From IMG/VR virus record IMGVR_UViG_3300021085_002380: a stretch of DNA of 64,000 nucleotides, one strand, 5' to 3'. Below are positions 8,332-17,298 of the stretch, one piece after another. The stretch's first letter is position 1. Each line of letters starts with the position of its first letter. The translations under genes and the position numbers were made by a program. The stretch is from a virus. The notes beneath the pieces were generated by a model. It saw nothing but the letters and a program-made list of their open reading frames with translations. It was not told where the DNA came from and searched no databases.

Positions 8332-9011
8332 TGCATCCGCTATGGGATAGGCTTAACGATTACGCGGACTATATCGCTAAAAGCTTTGATGAGTATTTTA
8401 TTGAATACGATAACGAAGCTATGAATGGTCTGCAATTTAAAGATTGGACAGATCGCTTTTGGCGTTCTGATAATATCCAAAAGGCTCACCTCAAAACTAT
8501 TGTACCGAACGATGGTAAAGGTTTATGGCTAATGCACGTTAATGTATTTCCTAAAGTTGGAATTGAATTGCCTATTTTAGGATTTGATATTGTTGCGGGT
8601 CCAAAAAAGATTACCGGTTCGTTTATGGATTTTTCTCCATTATACGGGTTTCCGCATCCATATCATGACTATATGGAAAAAAGAGTTGCAAACTTAGAAT
8701 GGAATAAACCACGTGAATTGCCACCGTGGGCAAAGGAAATCTTTTCAAGTGATATGCTAGCGGTTGGTAATATTAATACTGATGAAGAGCTTAACCAATT
8801 TATTGAAGTAACCGCCGATTTAGTAGAGTATTATTTAATGAGTATGGAAACAAATCAATTTGAGTCCCATCGTGACACAAAGCCATTATTAAATAAGTAT
8901 TGCCAAAATCAAAAAATGAATCCACATTTACATCGCTCTATATTAGCTATGGGCATATCTGAAAAAGATAAAGATGAATATATCAACAACGTTTTATTTG
9001 AGGAAATCTAA
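8331..9011 (+). CDS. pcyX: Ferredoxin-dependent bilin reductase (PcyA/PcyX family)
   Basis: LMHVNVFP...LPILGFDIVAG...FMDFSP...RELPPWAKEIFS...YCQNQKMNPH; adjacent to hemO. Confidence 0.85.
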   Translation: MHPLWDRLNDYADYIAKSFDEYFIEYDNEAMNGLQFKDWTDRFWRSDNIQKAHLKTIVPNDGKGLWLMHVNVFPKVGIELPILGFDIVAGPKKITGSFMDFSPLYGFPHPYHDYMEKRVANLEWNKPRELPPWAKEIFSSDMLAVGNINTDEELNQFIEVTADLVEYYLMSMETNQFESHRDTKPLLNKYCQNQKMNPHLHRSILAMGISEKDKDEYINNVLFEEI

Positions 9012-9668
9012 ATGGCATTTTTAGTACACCCATTGCCGCCAGTTGCGGTATATGTTAAAATGGAGTATCTTTATGATTTAGAACCAGGTCATCCAAGCTG
9101 GGGTAATTTGACTCCAGGTATTTGGATCAGCGTTAAATCAACACAATCAAAAGCATTATATTTTGAAACACTACTTACTGATTATGGGGCACTATATGAC
9201 AAACTACCGATTTCCGCGTTTGTTTGGAAGGAAGACATTAACATTGATGAACAACTCCCGCTGGACGTTCTTCAGCTATGGGATTGTTTTGACTATGATA
9301 TTACTGTTATTGAAAAGCCAATCTTGTGTAGGTGTGAGTTCTTCGGAAAAGATAAAAAGATGCACGGCGGCGAGTACGAATTCACTATTGACAACGCCCA
9401 CCGCGACAAGTCTGTCCTTGACACCAATTTCAGTGAGCAAGATCCCGAGCACAAATCATTCAACGTCATCCGACTTGACAATGGACAATTTGCTGCGCAA
9501 CCAAATAACAGAGTTATATGGAGAGACAGCTCATTAACACCCGCTGATTTGAAACGACCTGATTTTAAAGTGTGTACTCAAAACTATGCAGTTGAAGATC
9601 AGCCTAAATGGTCGGTTGGCCATACTGACGAGTGGCAATATAAAACAAAAGAGGAAGCGGAAGAATGA
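9012..9668 (+). CDS. Hypothetical protein
   Basis: 218 aa, directly abutting pcyX; LWDCF and GQFAAQPNNR motifs. Confidence 0.75.
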   Translation: MAFLVHPLPPVAVYVKMEYLYDLEPGHPSWGNLTPGIWISVKSTQSKALYFETLLTDYGALYDKLPISAFVWKEDINIDEQLPLDVLQLWDCFDYDITVIEKPILCRCEFFGKDKKMHGGEYEFTIDNAHRDKSVLDTNFSEQDPEHKSFNVIRLDNGQFAAQPNNRVIWRDSSLTPADLKRPDFKVCTQNYAVEDQPKWSVGHTDEWQYKTKEEAEE

Positions 9669-9949
9669 ACATTACAGTTACAGAAAGGGCTAAAGAGTAT
9701 TTAGCTAAAGCTGGTAAACCTAATGTATCTCTTAACGTAAAAGGCGGAGGTTGTTCAGGGTTTCAGTATGAATGGGGAACAACCGATAAGGAACCTACTA
9801 TAGAAAATCTTTGGCTTGATCCAATGGCAGAAATGTTTATATTTGGATGTACCATAGATTATATAGAGGAATTAGGTGGTTCTTATTTAAAAGTAGTAAA
9901 CCCAAACGCAACTGCATCGTGTGGTTGCGGAGAAAGTTTTGCAATATAA
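9665..9949 (+). CDS. iscA: HesB/IscA-family Fe-S cluster carrier
   Basis: GGGCSGFQY...NPNATASCGCGESF. Confidence 0.93.
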   Translation: MNITVTERAKEYLAKAGKPNVSLNVKGGGCSGFQYEWGTTDKEPTIENLWLDPMAEMFIFGCTIDYIEELGGSYLKVVNPNATASCGCGESFAI

Positions 9950-10119
9950 TGAAAAAACAGTTGACAGTTAACGGTTGTTGTGATACTGTTAATATAACAA
10001 AAGGACAAACTACTGTCACTTTTGAGAATCACCAGTTTACCGTTACGGTATTCTATTGCTCCAACTGTGGTGGTAAAAAAGCCACCTCAAACATAAGGGA
10101 AGGTAAATATGAAGATTAA
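9949..10119 (+). CDS. Small zinc-ribbon-like protein
   Basis: CC...CSNC; coupled start at 9949. Confidence 0.45.
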   Translation: MKKQLTVNGCCDTVNITKGQTTVTFENHQFTVTVFYCSNCGGKKATSNIREGKYED

Positions 10120-10309
10120 CGAGTTCAACGGCGATCGTAGTGGTTCTGCATTACGCGCTGAAATCCATGAATCACCCGATGGATATGAAATTGAGTATTA
10201 TATCAATGACACATTCCAGCAAAAAGAAACGTTTCATACCAAAAGCATCTTTTACGTCGAAGACGCAGCTACTAATTGGATTTCAGGAATCAAGGTGCTG
10301 AATGGATAA
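10109..10309 (+). CDS. Hypothetical protein
   Basis: ORF with RBS in operon context. Confidence 0.6.
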   Translation: MKINEFNGDRSGSALRAEIHESPDGYEIEYYINDTFQQKETFHTKSIFYVEDAATNWISGIKVLNG

Positions 10310-10499
10310 TCATCGTCCTCTTGGCATTAAAGGCAACATGTATGGCGTCATAATTAGTTGTAATGAATCTGACCCACACGTAAAAATAAACGATGAAACA
10401 ATAACCACGAATAGAAAAGAGGTCCTTCTATTCTTACAGGCTTACAGAATGGGAAGGGACCATAAGAAAAATGAAATACGCACCGCATTGGGAATTTAA
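10302..10499 (+). CDS. Hypothetical protein
   Basis: Overlapping operon ORF. Confidence 0.55.
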   Translation: MDNHRPLGIKGNMYGVIISCNESDPHVKINDETITTNRKEVLLFLQAYRMGRDHKKNEIRTALGI

Positions 10500-10506
10500 A
10501 AACATA

Positions 10507-10755
10507 ATGATAACACCACCAAGGTCACCAGAAAAAATTCACCATGAAATTGCTGCAATGTTGGCGAATGGAGTCAACTATATTGACGCACTCGTTGAAT
10601 ATGCTAGAAAGAACGATCTTGAAATCGAGGCAGTAGCAGATATTGTAAAAAAATCGTCTATCCTTAAAGAAAAACTTCGAGGAGAGGCAGTTAAACTCAA
10701 ACTAGTCGAAAAAGAAGAAAGAGATGATCAAGACATCACAGAGCTTTGCAAATGA
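10507..10755 (+). CDS. 33: Late transcription coactivator gp33
   Basis: NYIDALVEY...EIE...LKEKLRGEA; conserved 33-59-32 order. Confidence 0.8.
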   Translation: MITPPRSPEKIHHEIAAMLANGVNYIDALVEYARKNDLEIEAVADIVKKSSILKEKLRGEAVKLKLVEKEERDDQDITELCK

Positions 10756-11326
10756 GGAATCATTTAATCTCTATGTCAAGTATCTTGCACTAAAGAAACA
10801 CTTCACTACCGACGGCTACGATTATCATAAGTACAATGGAAAAATAAGAGCTAAGTTCGAGACATATCGTACTCGGAACGACGTATTCTTTTTCCATAAG
10901 CTTGCACAAAAAGACGATCCAATTAATCTTATGATGGCTAATATGTTAGTCAATCCAAATGTTTGGATCAGGACAATCGTAGAGCAGGAAGGTGAAAGCA
11001 AGTACTTTGACTGGAAGAAAAAGATTGATTCTTTAACGCACACTTTCAAATCAGATCTAAACAAATTAGATGATAACTATCAGTCTAACTTTGTCACGCA
11101 TGACGGTCAGCATCCACATGTTATGACCTTATATGTACAACGACAAATAACTCTCGAGACATTTACTATACTTACGCATTTATCAAATATTTTTCCTTAT
11201 TGGGAGCAAAAAATAGTTGACAAAATCGTCGCGCGTGATATAATTAGATTATCAAGAAAGTACAAACCATTCTTGGAAATTAATGAAAAAAAGTTCAAAG
11301 AAATTATCAGAGACAGGTTTTTCTGA
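10724..11326 (+). CDS. 59: Helicase loader gp59
   Basis: YLALKKHFT..YDYHKYNGK; synteny. Confidence 0.92.
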   Translation: MIKTSQSFANEESFNLYVKYLALKKHFTTDGYDYHKYNGKIRAKFETYRTRNDVFFFHKLAQKDDPINLMMANMLVNPNVWIRTIVEQEGESKYFDWKKKIDSLTHTFKSDLNKLDDNYQSNFVTHDGQHPHVMTLYVQRQITLETFTILTHLSNIFPYWEQKIVDKIVARDIIRLSRKYKPFLEINEKKFKEIIRDRFF

Positions 11327-11334
11327 TATAAATA
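11327..11334 (+). promoter_or_regulatory. Late promoter upstream of gene 32
   Basis: TATAAATA followed by a GTTGAC-TTCG-GTTAAC hairpin. Confidence 0.65.
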
Positions 11335-11403
11335 TATCGTTGACTTCGGTTAACTATATTTCGCAATACAAAAACATACATCGCTATACAAGGAGATACC
11401 ACT

Positions 11404-12330
11404 ATGGCAACATCATTTGATGCACTTAAAAAGAATCGTTCAAGTTCACTAAACAAATTGAACGCACAGCTCGAAAAGATTTCAACTAAGAGCTATTCAG
11501 ATCCCAACGAAGGTAAAATGTGGAAACCACAACGTGACAAAGCTGGCAACGGTTTTGCAATTATTCGTTTCCTACCAGCGGCGCAAGGCGAAGAGATGCC
11601 TTTCGTACGTATTTGGGATCATGGTTTTCAAGGACCGACAGGTCTCTGGTATATTGAAAATTCACTCACAACCCTAAACCAAGACGATCCTGTGTCAGAA
11701 TTCAACGGCAAGTTGTGGAATTCTGGTATTGACTCAGACAAAGAACAGGCTCGTAAACAGAAACGTCGTCTAAAGTATGTAGCAAATATTATGGTGATTA
11801 AAGATAGCGCAAATCCTGAAAACGAAGGCAAAGTCTTTATGTATCAGTTTGGCAAAAAGATCTTTGATAAATTGAACGATATGATGAACCCATCGTTTGA
11901 GGATGAAACACCAGTCAATCCTTTTGACTTTTGGGAAGGCGCAAACTTCCGTTTGAAAATCCGTCAGTTTGAAGGATATCCAAACTACGACAAATCAGAG
12001 TTTGACCAACCGTCTGCAGTTTCAGAAGACGATGCTCAGATTGAAGCAATTTGGAACCAACAACATTCGCTACAAGAATTGGTTGACCCAAAGAACTTCA
12101 AATCATATTCTGAATTGAAAGCTAAACTGTATCGTGTTCTTGCGATTGGTGAAGAACCATCTGAGCCATCCACTGCAATGGATGTTGATGATGATTTGGA
12201 TTTGAGCAACATGGGTAACACTCAAGCTGCTGCTCCTACACCATCCGCTCCTGCTGCGGCTCCTGCAGCAACAATGAGTATGGATGATGACGACGATCTA
12301 TCAATCTTTAAGGAACTAGCGAATGGTTAA
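11404..12330 (+). CDS. 32: ssDNA-binding protein gp32
   Basis: GNGFAIIRFLP, WYIENS, PFDFWEGANF; acidic tail. Confidence 0.97.
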   Translation: MATSFDALKKNRSSSLNKLNAQLEKISTKSYSDPNEGKMWKPQRDKAGNGFAIIRFLPAAQGEEMPFVRIWDHGFQGPTGLWYIENSLTTLNQDDPVSEFNGKLWNSGIDSDKEQARKQKRRLKYVANIMVIKDSANPENEGKVFMYQFGKKIFDKLNDMMNPSFEDETPVNPFDFWEGANFRLKIRQFEGYPNYDKSEFDQPSAVSEDDAQIEAIWNQQHSLQELVDPKNFKSYSELKAKLYRVLAIGEEPSEPSTAMDVDDDLDLSNMGNTQAAAPTPSAPAAAPAATMSMDDDDDLSIFKELANG

Positions 12331-12649
12331 TAAAACCTACGAAGAGGTTTTAGATTTCGACTTTGGCTTCAGCTTCATTGATGAAGAGCTTCAAGAAAAA
12401 GAAGCTGTGGCCGAACAGAAAATTCAAGAAGTCAGTAGCGAAAAGCAATCACTTGAGGACCAACTCACTGATGCTAAAGTAGCTGCTGACGACTTTGAAT
12501 ATCGTTTAGAACTTCTATACAAATCAATCTCCCCATTCTTAGATAATTTGTGTAAGAATGCGGATAAGTCTACAATTTACTGGCCCGACAGAGTTGGTAA
12601 AATTGAGTCTTATAAAGCTAAACTATTGACGATCGTTGAGGGAAAATAA
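12323..12649 (+). CDS. Hypothetical coiled-coil protein
   Basis: FDFGFS...IYWPDR. Confidence 0.7.
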   Translation: MVNKTYEEVLDFDFGFSFIDEELQEKEAVAEQKIQEVSSEKQSLEDQLTDAKVAADDFEYRLELLYKSISPFLDNLCKNADKSTIYWPDRVGKIESYKAKLLTIVEGK

Positions 12650-12650
12650 T

Positions 12651-13727
12651 ATGAGTCTATTAGACAAACTAGTAAAAAATTCTACCATTAAGTTGACAGC
12701 TCAGTTATCTGAGTCAAAGGTTTTTGGTAAAAAAGAAATGGCACCAACACCAGTTCCTATGGTTAATGTTGCACTATCAGGTGATACTGATGGCGGCCTT
12801 AGCCCAGGATTGTTAGTTTTGGCTGGTCCATCTAAACACTTCAAATCTGCGTTTGCACTATTAACCGCAGCCGCATATATGAACAAATATAAAGATGCAA
12901 TTTTGCTCTTTTACGATTCAGAGTTTGGTACGCCTCAGGCATACTTCGAGTCATTTGGTATTGATATGGATCGCGTGGTTCATACTCCTATTACTAATGT
13001 TGAAGAACTCAAGTTTGATATTAGTAACCAACTAGACCAAATTGACAAAAAAGACCATGTTTGTATTATTATCGACTCAGTCGGTAACTTGGCTTCCAAG
13101 AAAGAAGTTGAGGACGCAATGAATGAAAAATCTGTTGCGGATATGTCTCGGGCTAAATCTTTAAAGTCTTTGTTCCGTATTGTAACACCACACCTTAATC
13201 TTAAAGACATTCCTTTGATTGCGGTTAACCATACCTATCAAGAAATCGGATTGTTTCCTAAGGCTATTGTTTCAGGCGGTACAGGCATCTATTATTCAGC
13301 TGATGCTATTTGGATTGTTGGACGCCAGCAAGATAAAGTTGGTACTGAAATCCAAGGCTACCATTTTGTTATTAATATTGAAAAGTCACGCCATGTTAAA
13401 GAAAAATCTAAAATTCCAATCAGTGTAAGTTGGGATGGCGGTATCGTTAAATGGTCTGGTTTGATGGATGTAGCTGAAAAAGGTGGATATCTTCGTAAAC
13501 CAAAAGTTGGTTGGTATGAAGCAGTTGATCCGTCAACCGGTGAAGTTATTTCGCAAAAGTTAATGCGTGCTAAAGAAGTTAACGATAACGGCGAATTTTG
13601 GAATATGATGTTTGAAACTACAGACTTCAAAGATTATGTACGGAATACATTTACAATTGGAGCTTCAGGCAGTATTATGCGTGAAGATGACGATAGCGTA
13701 TTTGAAGAAGAAGTTATTGAAGGCTAA
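12651..13727 (+). CDS. uvsX: RecA-like recombinase UvsX
   Basis: AGPSKHFKS Walker A, YDSEFG, IDSVGNL; start at ATG 12651. Confidence 0.96.
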   Translation: MSLLDKLVKNSTIKLTAQLSESKVFGKKEMAPTPVPMVNVALSGDTDGGLSPGLLVLAGPSKHFKSAFALLTAAAYMNKYKDAILLFYDSEFGTPQAYFESFGIDMDRVVHTPITNVEELKFDISNQLDQIDKKDHVCIIIDSVGNLASKKEVEDAMNEKSVADMSRAKSLKSLFRIVTPHLNLKDIPLIAVNHTYQEIGLFPKAIVSGGTGIYYSADAIWIVGRQQDKVGTEIQGYHFVINIEKSRHVKEKSKIPISVSWDGGIVKWSGLMDVAEKGGYLRKPKVGWYEAVDPSTGEVISQKLMRAKEVNDNGEFWNMMFETTDFKDYVRNTFTIGASGSIMREDDDSVFEEEVIEG

Positions 13728-13827
13728 AATATTTGTTGACATTATACCAAATGTATAATACTATAATATTGAAGATGGCGGCTATTAAGTTAGGCGCCAT
13801 CATTTATCTTTACACACAGGAATTCTT

Positions 13828-15249
13828 ATGATTGAAAAAACAGTATTAGCAAACTTGATATTTAACGAAGACTATTTTCGTAAAGTGTATCCTTATATCA
13901 AACAAGAATACTTTGACGATAATGGTCTTAAAAAAATATTTGATACATATTCTGGATATGTTGATGAATACAAATCTCCGCCTTCAATTGAGGCGTTAAA
14001 GATTTCTTTAGACAAACGTAAAGACCTCAACGAAGATGCCTATAAAGGTATTATGTCTGAGGTTGACAATATGGCAGTTGACCAAAATACAGACTTTGAT
14101 TGGCTCGTAAAAGAAACTGAAAAATTTTGCCAAGATAAAGATCTATATAATTCTATTCGTAAAGCAATTCTTGTAATTGACGGCGAAGACAAAGAAATGG
14201 ATAAAGGTTCATTACCAGAACTATTATCTAACTCTTTATCAATTAGTTTTGACACAAGTATCGGCCACGATTACCTTGAGGATTATGAAAGCCGTTATGA
14301 CTTTTATCATAAGAAAGAAGAACGTATTCCATTCGATATTGAATTACTCAACAAGATTACAAAAGGTGGTCTGCCACGCAAATCTATGACTGTATTACTC
14401 GCAACAACTGGTGGTGGTAAATCATTGGTCAAATGTCACCATGCTGCATCGGCATTAATGATGGGTAAGAACGTTTTATATATTACAATGGAAATGGCTG
14501 AAGAACGTATCTCTGAACGTATTGATGCTAATATGATGGATGTTACTATTGATGAAGTGGCCGAAACACCCCGTGATGTTTTCGCAAAACGAATTGGTAG
14601 ATTTACATCAAAAACAACTGGTAAGTTAGTTGTTAAAGAATACCCAACTGGCTCTGCCCATGTTGGCCACTTTAGGCATTTGCTTAACGAATTGAAAATG
14701 AAACGCAACTTTGCGCCTGATATTATTTTTATTGACTATTTGAATATTTGTGCGTCTGCAAGAGTAAAAGGCGCTGCGGCAGCTAACTCATATACTCTTG
14801 TAAAATCAATCGCTGAGGAGGTACGTGGTCTTGCGATGGAATATAATTGTGCTGTGGTTACTAGTTCTCAGTTTAATCGTGATGGTTACGGCAACTCTGA
14901 CGTGGATCTCACTAATACTTCTGAAAGTATGGGAATTACCCATACTGCTGACTGCATTCTTGGTCTAATCACATCTGAAGATTTGGATCAGCTTGGTCAA
15001 TTAATGATTAAACAATTGAAAAACAGATGGAACGATCTTAGTTATTATCGTAGGTTCGTGGTTGGTGTTGATAGATCAAAAATGAAACTTTATGATTTGG
15101 AAAGTAGTGCTCAGAATGGTATATCAAACGACCAACCTGCGGCAAATACTGCGTTCCAAAAACCGTCCTTAACAGATACGCCAATATTTGACAACACTCA
15201 ATTTGGTAAAAAGAAAAAAGGTTTATTTGACACAGGAGATCTGATGTGA
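13828..15249 (+). CDS. 41: Replicative helicase gp41
   Basis: TTGGGKS, ITMEMAEE, IDYLNI, SESMG, KQLKNR. Confidence 0.96.
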   Translation: MIEKTVLANLIFNEDYFRKVYPYIKQEYFDDNGLKKIFDTYSGYVDEYKSPPSIEALKISLDKRKDLNEDAYKGIMSEVDNMAVDQNTDFDWLVKETEKFCQDKDLYNSIRKAILVIDGEDKEMDKGSLPELLSNSLSISFDTSIGHDYLEDYESRYDFYHKKEERIPFDIELLNKITKGGLPRKSMTVLLATTGGGKSLVKCHHAASALMMGKNVLYITMEMAEERISERIDANMMDVTIDEVAETPRDVFAKRIGRFTSKTTGKLVVKEYPTGSAHVGHFRHLLNELKMKRNFAPDIIFIDYLNICASARVKGAAAANSYTLVKSIAEEVRGLAMEYNCAVVTSSQFNRDGYGNSDVDLTNTSESMGITHTADCILGLITSEDLDQLGQLMIKQLKNRWNDLSYYRRFVVGVDRSKMKLYDLESSAQNGISNDQPAANTAFQKPSLTDTPIFDNTQFGKKKKGLFDTGDLM

Positions 15250-15425
15250 GTTACGTAGTACGCAAAACAGAAGTAAAAGACCAATATATGATTTGGGATA
15301 AGGATGAAAATAAACCAATTGATCTTTGGCTTGATAAACAACGTGCAAACGATATTGCCCGCAAGCTCAATTTAGGATCTGGGTTTGAAGGGCGGATCCC
15401 ATCTTTTATTATGGTCAGGATCTAA
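15246..15425 (+). CDS. Small hypothetical protein (59 aa, GTG start)
   Basis: Overlaps gp41 stop (GTGA); ...LNLGSGFEGRIPSF. Confidence 0.6.
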   Translation: MSYVVRKTEVKDQYMIWDKDENKPIDLWLDKQRANDIARKLNLGSGFEGRIPSFIMVRI

Positions 15426-15431
15426 ATCTTT

Positions 15432-15439
15432 TATAAATA
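15432..15439 (+). promoter_or_regulatory. Late promoter
   Basis: TATAAATA intergenic. Confidence 0.75.
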
Positions 15440-15469
15440 AACCTATAAGTATTCATAAGAGGGAAGATT

Positions 15470-16525
15470 ATGAAAGGGTTTAAGACACACCTTACTGAGG
15501 CCATTAAAGCTGAAGACTTTGAGGCTGCAATTGTAATTGGTTGGCACGAAATTACTGGCCAACAGATTAGCCCTGAAGCAGCAGGTATATCACAAAAGGT
15601 ATATGATAGTATTATGGCTCAACCGCAATATGTTGATGCTGGTAAAAAGATTGCACAATCAATTAAATCTCATTTTAAACTCGGCGACAAAGTAAAAGCT
15701 GAGCAATACGGTCGTGCAAAGTCAAGCCTTACTTCATTTTGGAGTGGACACGGCGCAACCGATACAACACCAAAGACAGATATCTTAATTGGTGATAAAA
15801 GATTATCGCTGAAAATTGGTATGGCCCAACTTATGTCAGGTGGTAAAGCAGAGTCAACTGCAACTTTCTATGCTGCAATGGAAAAAGCAAACGTTTCCAA
15901 ATCCCCACAACTTAAAAAAGTATTAGGTATCTTTGATGACTTTGTGACTGCACAACTTGCGCCGTCGCAACTAAGACCTATTATTAAAGCAGGTAATAAC
16001 CCGGTAGTTAATCGAGGTGAAGCTGCTCATAAACAAATCATGGCTGAACTTGGTAAACTTTTTGAAGAAAACGAAAAATTCAAAATTGAGTTTGCTCGTG
16101 AAGCAATGTCAGGTTTTGTAAAATACGGAGAGACAAGTAATTCCGCTGCTGAGTTTATGGTTGTCTCGGATCATAACGGATCTTCAACTAAAATCACTTC
16201 AGTATATGACGACGCGTATTGTAAAAAGATTGCTGATGCAATGAAACTGCAGGCTCGGTTTAAAACATCGTCTCGTAAACTAAAAGGTGTAAAGACTGGA
16301 GAGTATAACTTTTGGTCTGTTATTTCCCTTATCGTTGATGCAAAACTCAAGGAAGAAGTTGAGCTTGAAGAAGGTATGTTTAGAAATGTTATTAGCAGGT
16401 TAAAAGGTAAAATTGGTCAAGGTATCAAAAAGGCTAGATCGTTTATTTCAGGTAAGGTATCTAATGTAATGTCATTCTTCCAGGCTGACCCAGATATTAA
16501 GGTTAATACTAAAATTAATTTCTGA
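15470..16525 (+). CDS. Late protein with CTS-like N-terminus and possible PD-(D/E)XK fold
   Basis: MKGFKTHLTE; TPKTDI...RLSLK. Confidence 0.6.
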   Translation: MKGFKTHLTEAIKAEDFEAAIVIGWHEITGQQISPEAAGISQKVYDSIMAQPQYVDAGKKIAQSIKSHFKLGDKVKAEQYGRAKSSLTSFWSGHGATDTTPKTDILIGDKRLSLKIGMAQLMSGGKAESTATFYAAMEKANVSKSPQLKKVLGIFDDFVTAQLAPSQLRPIIKAGNNPVVNRGEAAHKQIMAELGKLFEENEKFKIEFAREAMSGFVKYGETSNSAAEFMVVSDHNGSSTKITSVYDDAYCKKIADAMKLQARFKTSSRKLKGVKTGEYNFWSVISLIVDAKLKEEVELEEGMFRNVISRLKGKIGQGIKKARSFISGKVSNVMSFFQADPDIKVNTKINF

Positions 16526-17298
16526 TGGCACAGCTAGGTTTTGTATACGAGCGATATGCATCTGACGCATTAAAGAAATATGATATAGTACCGGCGACAT
16601 TTACACCAGCAGGAGCAGGAGCAGACCAACCGGATTTGATAATTAAAAAGCCAGGACCTCGAGCATTAGGACAGAGTGGTTGTGAATTAAAGATATCGCC
16701 AGCGGCATCAGGTGGATCTTTGGTTTTAAAATATATAAATAGTAAATGGCAATTTGATGAAATACCAGTAAAGGATGTTGAAAAAAGATTTATAAAAGCA
16801 GTTGCAATCCGTGCAAAGGCACTAGACAAAATCAACAAAGCATGGAACGGTATTGAGTCATATAAGTTTGCTACTTCTGCATTATTGACAAACGAAAAGA
16901 AAATATTAACAAAAAGAGAACAATACGCAAAAGAACTGAAAAGGTTTCCTGATGTAAAAGGTGAAATATCAGCTACTGAAATAGAAGGATATTATAACAC
17001 AAAGGACACTTATTATATTAATGTTGGTACACACGGCTTGTATTTGCTAGGACAGAAAAATCCGTTAAATCTAAAAGGACTAAGAACCTTTGGTAAATTA
17101 GCAACAGCAGGTTATAGGGCAAGAGTACAAAACAAAGGTGGCGGAAATTATCAGTTTACATTTGAGTTAACATTTGGTATAATTAAAACGAATCGGTCAG
17201 AATATAATATAGCACCAGTAACAAGTGCAAAAAACGTAACGATAAATTTAGAAGTAATGGAAAAATCTATTGCACGGTTATTTAAGGTAGAAATATGA
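16525..17298 (+). CDS. PD-(D/E)XK-like nuclease
   Basis: YE...QPDL...CELK motif. Confidence 0.5.
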   Translation: MAQLGFVYERYASDALKKYDIVPATFTPAGAGADQPDLIIKKPGPRALGQSGCELKISPAASGGSLVLKYINSKWQFDEIPVKDVEKRFIKAVAIRAKALDKINKAWNGIESYKFATSALLTNEKKILTKREQYAKELKRFPDVKGEISATEIEGYYNTKDTYYINVGTHGLYLLGQKNPLNLKGLRTFGKLATAGYRARVQNKGGGNYQFTFELTFGIIKTNRSEYNIAPVTSAKNVTINLEVMEKSIARLFKVEI

